This document shows positions 54,860 through 64,000 of a stretch of DNA of 64,000 nucleotides, piece by piece; the first letter of the stretch is position 1, and every line of letters begins with the position of its first letter. The translations under genes and the position numbers were made by a program. Source of the DNA: Octopus vulgaris (Eukaryota). Below the pieces are notes generated by a model. That model did not search any database. It was not told where the DNA came from and saw only the letters and a program-made list of their open reading frames with translations. The stretch lies in contig OX597830.1 of NCBI GenBank assembly GCA_951406725.2, forward strand, positions 70,122,001 through 70,186,000, read 5' to 3'.

Positions 54860-55083
54860 TAGGGCTGGTTACCCGGTTTTCATGGCATATAAGTAACCAA
54901 GATCTCAACACTATTCCTGAACGGGTCACCGGTCCGTTGCAGGGTTACACATATGAAGTTGAGTGGATTTGAACAACGCGAAATGAAGTGTTTGGATCAA
55001 AGGCACAACACATCGCTTGGTTAGCGAATCGAAACCACGATCTCGTGATCAAGAGTACAACATCCTAATGCCTACGCCGCACG
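54860..55083 (-). mobile_element. Diverged tRNA-derived SINE (additional family)
   Basis: Minus-strand head with ...GAGATCGTGGTTTCGATTC (B-box-like), then GTGTTGTGCCTTTGATCC..ACACTTCATTTCGCGTTG. Confidence 0.55.
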
Positions 55084-55100
55084 GTTTCTTAGTACAGAAT

Positions 55101-55332
55101 AAGGCGGCGAGCTGGCAGAAACGTTAGCACGCCGGGCGAAATGCTTAGCGGTATTTCGTCTGCGTTACGTTGTGAGTTCAAATTCCGCCGAGGTCGACTT
55201 TGCCTTTCAGCCTTTCGGGGTCGATAAATTAAGTACCAGTTACGCACTGGGGTCGATGTAATCGACTTAATACCTATGTCTGTCCTTGTTTGTCCCCTCT
55301 GTCTTTAGCCCCTTGTGGGTAATAAAGAAGTA
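55101..55332 (+). mobile_element. SINE family A, tail type 2, young, with 14-bp TSD
   Basis: Near-identical to the 34470 and 58192 copies; GGTTTCTTAGTACA at 55083-55096 and 55333-55346. Confidence 0.93.
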
Positions 55333-55348
55333 GGTTTCTTAGTACAAA

Positions 55349-55487
55349 ACTGGTACTTGATTTATCAATCCAAAAAATAGACGAAAGCGAAAACTAACAT
55401 CGGACGTTTTTGAACTCGGAACGCCAGAACGAATACTGCAAATGATTCTATTCGACGTCTCTAACAACTCGGCCAATTCGCCGCCTG
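55349..55487 (-). mobile_element. SINE family A, old diverged copy
   Basis: CTGGTACTTGATTTATC...TTTGAACTCGGAACG...CTAACAACTCGGCCAATTCGCCGCC. Confidence 0.65.
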
Positions 55488-56009
55488 TATAGCAGACAGT
55501 ATGATCGATCGATCTGTTTGTCCTGTAAACTGTTTTTGGTATCAAAGGAGTTGAGTTATTTTGTTGTTTGTTGTTGCTTAGATGACATTTCCAGACTGCT
55601 ATTGTTTCACACGATTACTAGGTCACTCCTTTCGTCTCTCCGTCTCTCCGTCTCTCCATCTCTCCCCTGCCCCTCATTCACTCACTACTGATCAGTGATA
55701 GAGACGATTAAGCGATAAGAAGCTTTCTTTCTTTTTTTCTTCTTTTTTAATTTTTGTAGACCAGCAAAATAATAAATAAATAGATAAATAAATTAATAAT
55801 CGGCTCTACCACTAATAACAATAGTAACATAATAAAGCCGAGCAACAACAACTACAGCATCAACAATAATAACAACACTATCAATAGTAGTTTGGCGATA
55901 TTCCAACTGACATGAAGTGTCAAATCGAAGAATCACTTCTCACCCTTTGTAACTATGGACATTTATTTATTCATTTATTTATATATCATTATTATTATTA
56001 TCATTATTA

Positions 56010-56098
<89 letters not shown>

Positions 56099-56794
56099 TA
56101 TGGAAGCCAACACAGAGATGGAGAAGTAATCCAATACTGAAACAAGTTTCAAGATTGCAGACATTAGTACTGTATTCTACTTTAAATTCAATCTTGGATC
56201 ACTGATTCTTCGGGATAAGGTATTCGTTTTTTGTTTTTTGTTTGGTTATTGTAATCTTTTGCTGTTGTTTTTTTTTCCCATTGTTTTTGTTATTGCTTAT
56301 CATCAGGTCGAATCATATTGAATAGTCCTATGATCAAAGCGTTTCAGCTACGAGTATTCCCCTCTTATTTTCATGCAATATAACTCAGGTCTGCATTGTT
56401 CAGTATGGCTGCCAATTTTTAAGATGATTAAGCGTGGTTTGAAAAGAAATTGTTCGCTATTTCTAGAAAAGCGAAGCACTGTGTAGATGCTTTCTGAACA
56501 ACCCAGGTGGCGTGGAAGAAAGGTGCGTTTAAAGAATACCCAAAGAAGAATACACAATATGTAGTTATTAGTGCCACGCTACAAGGAGGAAAATACTGCT
56601 GTACAAAACGCCGAACACATTCTTATATTTCTTTCTTCCTTACGGCTTTAAGCTAATAACTTCATATTGTTTTCTTATCTTTGTCTACGGCTTGGGATTT
56701 GTAAAAGGCGGCTAATAAAGTATCAGTATTACACTGTAAATCGAATGAATTACAATTATATATGATTGCACTTATATAAACTACATGTACAGCT

Positions 56795-57001
56795 ACGAGC
56801 TGGCAGAATCGATAGTATACCAGACGAAATACTTAGCGGCATTTCGTCCGTCTTCATGAAGTTCAAATTTCGCCGAGATCGATTGAGCTTTCGCCCATTT
56901 GGGGATACAATATGTACTATTTGAGCACTGGGGTCGATGTAATCGACTAGCTATCCCTCACCTCCAAAATTTCAGGCTTTGTGCCTATAGTAGAAAGGAT
57001 T
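56795..57001 (+). mobile_element. SINE family A, tail type 1
   Basis: CGAGCTGGCAGAATCGATAG...AATTTCAGGCTTTGTGCCTATAGTAGAAAGGATTATT. Confidence 0.85.
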
Positions 57002-58191
57002 ATTGTTATATTTGTATGGCCGTATGGTCAATTAAGCTTTGTCAGCAATAATGCACTTCGTTACGCGAGTTTATTAATAATGCATTGTCGTATTGGAAAT
57101 ATATCTACTGAGATATTGCCTAACAACCAACGTTCAAGTGTCCTAGATAGTTTTTTTCTGTTCGTATACTTTGTAAATAGATTTTGACGAAACAAAAATA
57201 AAATATAAACACGATACATCAACTACATAAATACTTTTTTCTGTCTCTCCTGCTTTCCAAGCCCTTGTAAAAGAGTATTTTACTCGAAATATCAGGATCA
57301 TTAAATATTTTCAAGTAATAACTCCATATCTTTGTTCTTATTTTTATTTATATTTAATCTTCCAACTTCAATATTCTAGGATATTAGCATATTACTTTAT
57401 ATTCCTGTGTGGCTGCCGGGACTACTTTTCGTCTCTGATATATATATTCTGCTAAATACAGCACATTCATAAAAGATTTTATCTCGGGCGAAAGCCACAG
57501 TAACTTGCATATAAATGGTGTGTATATACATTAAGTGTGGTACATAAATTGCTATTTTACTCCATTATATGTATAATAGATTATAATCAATATGCTCGTG
57601 CACGTACTTTCAACTTGATGTTAACAGTTTAGCACGTAACCTCAGTGATTTATAATTATGAATTATTTTCTGCTAAGTTATATAAAGCTTATTTCAAATT
57701 GTAGCTTTTCTTTTCCTAATAATACTTCAGGAAAAAATTAAGTGAACAACAATTTGATGAGCCATTTTTTTCTCAGTAAGTGACATCATTCTAAAGTCAA
57801 AACGTATTTGCTTTTTGTAAACAAATATTGTATGACATGAATTTTTTTTTATTATTATATGAAATTAATTAAAGTCGTTCATTACATTAATTATTCTATT
57901 AATCAATTAGTCATTTTTTTAATACAATAATTTCTTTTTAGCTGAGTTATAATTTAATAGACTGAATCAATATTCATACATTCCTAATACAATCTTCGTG
58001 ACCACAGATAGATGGAACAATATGAGAGTTCAACATCTTTTCTTCTATGAAGAATGAACTCAACTGATAGTTGATCATTATTACGCATAGTTTGCCCCTT
58101 TTCCCTCCTACCTGAAAATACAGACCTCATGAAGCTTCAGAGAATACCCGATCTCATGCCCTCAAGACTTGATGGTATTGTTTTACATTTT

Positions 58192-58424
58192 AAGGCGGCG
58201 AGCTGGCAGAAACGTTAGCACGCCGGGCGAAGTGCTTAGCGGTATTTCGTCTGTCTTTACGTTCTGAATTCAAATTCCGCCGAGGTCAACTTTGCCTTTC
58301 ATCCTTTCAGGGTCGATTAAATAAGTACCAATTACGTATTGGGGTCGATGTAATCGACTTAATCCGTTTGTCTGTCCTTGTTTGTTCTCTCTGTGTTTAG
58401 CCCCTTGTGGGTAGTAAAGAAATA
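58192..58424 (+). mobile_element. SINE family A, tail type 2, with perfect 18-bp TSD
   Basis: GGTATTGTTTTACATTTT at 58174-58191 and 58425-58442. Confidence 0.93.
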
Positions 58425-58494
58425 GGTATTGTTTTACATTTTGGTAAATCCTGAACATGAATCGAGTTCATATTTTCAAATACTTCCCATTGTT

Positions 58495-58720
58495 GCTGTT
58501 AGTATTGTTTTTGCCCCTAGCATCAGACCTATAGTGACCAAACGCGTTCCAGTCGTGGCCATTCCGTCTTATATATCAAACATAGTACATCTAAAAGTGC
58601 ATAATATTCTAAATGCAGCTTCTGTTTCTCTATTTTCTTAAGATGGCAAGCTTTGATGCTTTGGAGATTTAGCTACTATTTTCAGCTAACCGAATGAGAT
58701 GCTGTGGCTGGCTCACTCGC
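58495..58720 (-). mobile_element. SINE-like family C copy
   Basis: TTTGCCCCTAG...CGTTCCAGTCGTGGCCATTCCGTCTT...GGAGATTTAGCTACTATTTT is the reverse complement of family C blocks. Confidence 0.55.
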
Positions 58721-58914
58721 TAATTGATAAATAGATTTAAACGTACTTGATGTTGTATGATTGTACTCGTAGTTGACAGAGCCGAAAGGAGTTGCAAGCA
58801 TATAACCTTTATCACAATATCACAAAATATACTTAGAATATCTTCATAAAACAAATATGTATTTAGAATATAAATAACCCAAGAATATCACAGAAAAATT
58901 ATACATATTTTCAT

Positions 58915-59361
58915 CTGTTGTCTTGTATCAGTCATTAGATTACAGCCTTGCTGGAGCAGCACCTTGAGGTGCTTACCTACCTCAGTACTTTATTTTCTTT
59001 AAGTCTGGCATTTATTTTATCGGTCTCTTTTGCCGAAGAACTAAGGCACGGGACGTAAACAAACTAACACTGGCTGTCTAGCAGTAGTGAGGGGCAAACG
59101 CAAAGACACAACATACATATAGATAGATAAATAGATAGGTAAACAGGCACATAGACAAAGGGTGGGGTAAACAGATAGATAGATGGGAAGATAGATAGAT
59201 AGAGAGATATACGTACACGGGCTTCTACGCAGATTCCGTCTATCGAATTTACTTGAAAAGCATTGTTCGGCCCGAGACTGAAGTAAGGTACTGAGCAGTC
59301 GGATTGAACCCAAAACCACGTGGTTACAAAGCGAGCTTCTTAACCTCACAGCCATGCCTGC
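58915..59361 (-). mobile_element. SINE family B, diverged, near full length
   Basis: CAGTCATTAGATTACAGCCTTGCTGGAGC...TCGGTCTCTTTTGCCGAA...CCACGTGGTTACAAAGCGAGCTTCTTAACCTCACAGCCATGCCTGC. Confidence 0.8.
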
Positions 59362-60489
59362 TTGGCAAAAAAGATCCTTGTTGATATTTATAAAATCTTG
59401 AGTTGACCACGAACCGTAACGCCGAATATAAATTACATTGCAGTATTCCTATTAATGCGTTTTAATTTTACATTGTAAATCCAGAGAGAGAGGCGGGGTC
59501 AGAAAAAGAGAGACAGGGGAGTGAAAGAAAGCGACAGGGAGAAAGAGAGAGGGAGGGACAGACAAACGGACAGTGAGTGCCTTGCGTTTCGTCCATATTA
59601 GTTAGGCAAATAGAAGTAACATACTAAAGTCAAAGCGAATCGATAATGTCCTTCATCTTCGCAAATAGGGAACTAATACAGCCGCAGAAGAAAAGATCAA
59701 TATCTCTAATTTTTCAGACTGTTTCAGGTACCAGTCATTGGAGACCAAACCGATGTTTTAATCGAATTCAAAATTCTATTTGAAATACAGGCAACCTTTC
59801 CTCCACAGATACACACATACAAAATCACTGGAATCTCCTCAAAGACCCAACACAGTAGTTGTAAATAAAAATTTAAGACGAGGTTAGTCAAACTTGGCTT
59901 CGTGTTTGTTTCCCCAGTACCATCTTAACGTGATGGTTAAAGCCTTTAAAAAGAGCAAAATCGCTTAATGGACTAAACGTTATCTCAATTTGCGCCGCTT
60001 CAATAGCTACGAGGATATTTACACGACATTTTACAGTCTTTTATTTATAATGTAATAGCATTTGACCCGCTTTTTCTCGTCCCTTAAACTTTTCAGAATT
60101 GAAGGTCACTAACATTTACAGTATGATAAACGTTGTCTTTCAGTTTAATACAGACGGGTTACTACAAGATTACGGTGAAGACGGGGAGATCCCTGCAAAC
60201 CCATCAATTTTAGTTATATAAACGAGTTACGACAAAATTGGGGTCTCTTCCATGGCCATCAATTTTAGTTCTAACAAGACAAAATGGTATTCGTCTTCAG
60301 GAATTTGACAGACGGCGATTAAACGGAAATTGTTATGAAAGATAACATGATATATAATATGTCAGCTGTGTTTTAAAGTATGTCTGTTTATTACGCTCTT
60401 GGGTGGAAAATACCCGACTGCTTCGTGTTTGCAATTGTCCGAGAATATTGAAATTACAGTGCTGCAAGGTTCAGACCGCCGCATAAGCG

Positions 60490-60555
<66 letters not shown>

Positions 60556-61094
60556 CTTCTGGTTAATACACGAACATCACACAATCCTGTTTCCAGTTCA
60601 TCTCTACACTAGGGTGTTCGTACCTTGTTAAAAAGGGAGCAGTATCTAATTATGCTGACTTCACCTGTACGAGCGTGTATATAAGTAGAATACAAACAGC
60701 CGTCACTTGCGAGCGAGTACGGCTTGATGACATTTGCCAATCGTAATTATGTATTAATTATTTTTGGGTGCTTATGCAGTTGCGAGCAGACATAGACACA
60801 TTCTCAGTCGCAGTAACCCTTGATCCAGAGAAACATTAAAGATGTGGCAACTGAAGGGAGGTAGGGTAACGCCAGTACTCGGATGATACTCTTTACAACT
60901 AAATAGATCTGACCACGCACTTTTATGGAATATATATTTGTTTTAGCTTTAAAAGGGAATGTTGTAATTAAGCAGGCATGATTCTAGTGGGCATTAGCAC
61001 ATAAAGCAATTAACTACCTTATTGGTGATGAGATTAATCTCCAAGGTCACAACATTTTATTGAATAAATTGTACATATATAATTTATATATATA

Positions 61095-61159
<65 letters not shown>

Positions 61160-61160
61160 G

Positions 61161-61321
61161 ATACGACGGGCTTCTTTCAGTTTCCGTCTTGCAAATCCAC
61201 TCACAAGGCTTTAGTCAGCCCGAGGCTATAGTAGAAGATACTTGCTTAAGGTGCCACGCAGTGGGACTGAACCCGGAACCATGAGGTTGGGAAGCAAGCT
61301 TTTTACCACACAGCCACGCCT
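61161..61321 (-). mobile_element. SINE family B, 5' half
   Basis: ACGACGGGCTTCTTTCAGTTTCCG...GGTGCCACGCAGTGGGACTGAACCCGGAACCATG...CACAGCCACGCC. Confidence 0.88.
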
Positions 61322-62277
61322 AGGTTCATTTGCGTTTTTATTAATTTTAATTGGCACAAAGTTACAAAACGTATTCGATGGTCGAGTGTTTGGTGCATAG
61401 CATTTATCAAAACCGACTTCACGAAACTCTGGGCACTTGAGTCACTTGTAACTTTCTGCCGAACAAAAAACAATTCATATAGGTGTGTCTGTGTGTGTGT
61501 GTGCTTGTGTGTGTGAATATATTGCATATAAATTCTATATATATTATACATAAATTATACCACACACGCATACACACATATATACACACTAACGTACATA
61601 GATTTATATACGTATAAATATGTACACACAAGTACAACGATTGCTCTGTTGATAAGAAATATATTTCTTTCAAACTGGAGTGACTCTTTGTATTAATGTT
61701 TGTATAAGTAATCGCTTTGTATGTATACGTGTATGTATCCATACACACACATAAATATATATATATATATATATGTATTCGTGCGTATGTCTGTATGTAC
61801 GTATGCATATATAATTACGCGTATGTGTAAAAATACGTGTGAAAGGCCACTTGTGTGAATAGCCGGTAGTATACGAGTGTGAATAATGCGTATATACTTT
61901 TTATGTGAGAAACCGATTGTGTGAATATATGTTTAATATATAACTATGAATGGTCTTTTGTATATCTAATCATTTGTGTGAGGAACTGCTTGTGTGCAAT
62001 ATGTGTTTGTATTGAGTCGCCTTTTAATGTGTATAAATATCTATTATCGTATGAGTGTATGTGACTTTCTATCTGTATGCAATGTATAATGATTATTTTT
62101 TTCTTTTGTCGTTGCTCTTTTTTGTTTGTTTTTTATATTTATTTTGTGTATTTCTCTCTTTTTTTTGGTATTTTCTTGTGTCACTTTAAACACTACCATT
62201 TTCCATCAATATCATAATTCTCATAACACTTTCTATTATTTTCTATTCCTGCTTTCTTTCCTTTTCTTTATGTTTTC

Positions 62278-62338
<61 letters not shown>

Positions 62339-62356
62339 TCACGCTGTCACTCCTCC

Positions 62357-62388
<32 letters not shown>

Positions 62389-62744
62389 GCCTGTCTATAT
62401 GTCTCTATCTCTCTCTCTCTATATATATATTATATAAATATATGTACACACACATATATATGCACACATATATAATCATATATATATATACATATATAGA
62501 TATATTCATATATTATATATATATATATGTATGTATATGTATATATATATATATACGCATACATATATGTATAATGTGAATCTTCCGTCATGTGTGTGTG
62601 TATCGATTTGTGTTTATTTTTACCCCGATGTTTCCTTATTTCTCTCTTGTAGCTCTGTATAATATATGAATACATGAATACCATGTGTGTATATGATATG
62701 TATGCATAAATATATGTACATATGTATCGCTAGCCACTACACAC

Positions 62745-62891
62745 ATTTTTTCTCTCGTTTCTTTCTGTTTTCCTTTCTGTGGAAGAGCGTAGGCTCGAAA
62801 CGTTAAAATTTTTTTCAATCCCCGAGCGTTAAACTAATACATCTGTTTGTTTTCTACACCACCTGTCTTCGTCTTTTTCGTAAATTCTCCC
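62745..62891 (+). mobile_element. Short pLTR-like repeat carrying a variant minimal hammerhead motif (family HH-2, copy 2)
   Basis: TTT-CTGTGGA-A-GAGC-GTAG-GCTC-GAAA-CG-TT-AAA at 62774-62807. Downstream CCGAGCGTTAAACTAATAC...CTACACC...CCTGTCTTCGTCTTTT is shared with 29101-29227. Confidence 0.55.
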
Positions 62892-62904
62892 TATATATAT
62901 ATGT

Positions 62905-62936
<32 letters not shown>

Positions 62937-64000
62937 TTAATCGTTTTTCCAACCCTGTTTCTTTATCCCCGCCAAACTTGATCTTACTCCCTCTGTCTCT
63001 GTCTTTCTCTCTGTCTCTGTCTATCTGTCTGTCTGTCTGTCTGTCTCTCTCTGTTTATCTACGCCTCTCTCTCTCTCTTTCTCTTTCACTTTCTATATTG
63101 CACTTTCACTTCTTTATATTGTCTATTTATATGAACACTTCGCTTCAGTAGTGAGATGGGACGTAGCCAATGATTCTTTCACCAATCTTTGAACAGGAGG
63201 ATGTAACATGAGCGGAATTTGGTTGCTATTTCTAACAGGTCGAACGTCTACACACCGGGGTTATCTCACTGAATCGATCATATATTAATTAGCGATATGC
63301 ATAAAGATACTTCGTTTGAGACTGTTAGCTCTTTTGCTATCAGTTTGCCATCGATATCCATTGTAAGGCTGAACGACTTAGAAGTCGCCATTGCAATCAA
63401 GAGTTCGCGAGTTCGATATCTTTGCTGAATGTTTTAGATAAGTATCATATGCTATAGTTTCGAATCGACCCATGCCTTGTCAGTGAGTTAAGGTTGAGAA
63501 AAACCCCATAAAAGCTCGTTAGATGAAGCGTGGCAGCAATTTAATGGTCCAGTCGTGTCTCACAACACACTGTGTTACGGTGAGTATGCAAGAAGAGGTA
63601 CATTAAGGGGTACATGTGTCTGTGGAATTCTAGGAATACTCAACCGCTGACACGGTGATTCAATCAATATGGAGTCTGTTGACTGAATAACTGATTACCT
63701 TTTGATGAAACAGACAAAGACCCACTTTCAACAGTTCAGTTCTTAATGAGTCAACTGCCGATCAAAGATCTTCCAGCCTCGACCATTTCGTCCCTTTAGT
63801 ATATCTAGAAACTGTATAGGTTTAAGCGGGAATAAAGCGTGAGGAAATGAAGATTTACCTCTTATTTCTAGCAACCCTGTCATCTGCGAAGGGCCACCTA
63901 CTTTGAGCCAAATCGTTAGTTTCAAGAGAGTGCATGTGCATATATGAGTTGTAGTAGATTGTCACAAAGTCCATATCGTTTCTAAGCAGATATGCGGTGA

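Overview
AT-rich, microsatellite-saturated eukaryotic non-coding DNA. The SINE families and (TA)n/(TATG)n/(ATCT)n/(AAT)n/(GAA)n load look like an Octopus (coleoid cephalopod) genome; this is recognition from memory, not a database result. No intact protein-coding gene can be supported, and almost all listed ORFs are translations of simple repeats. Supported content: many tRNA-derived SINE copies (at least three families), a decayed cecropia/Hsmar1-type mariner, two RTE LINE 3' remnants, a non-autonomous Helitron-like element, small inverted-repeat elements, an intron-containing tRNA-Met(CAT) pseudogene, two degenerate minisatellites and a near-perfect ~197-bp palindrome. The most interesting signal is a set of five hammerhead-ribozyme (HHR) motifs from three short non-coding element families (29.1 kb, 48.8 kb, two at 50.0-50.35 kb, 62.8 kb), resembling Penelope-like pLTR or retrozyme hammerheads. 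The one at 48773-48880 (minus strand) has a fully canonical core. Its cleavage-site sequence UGUC/GAGAG occurs on both sides of that core, 93 nt apart, so it might fold as either type I or type III and release a 93-nt unit. All folds were read by eye and no ribozyme activity has been shown.
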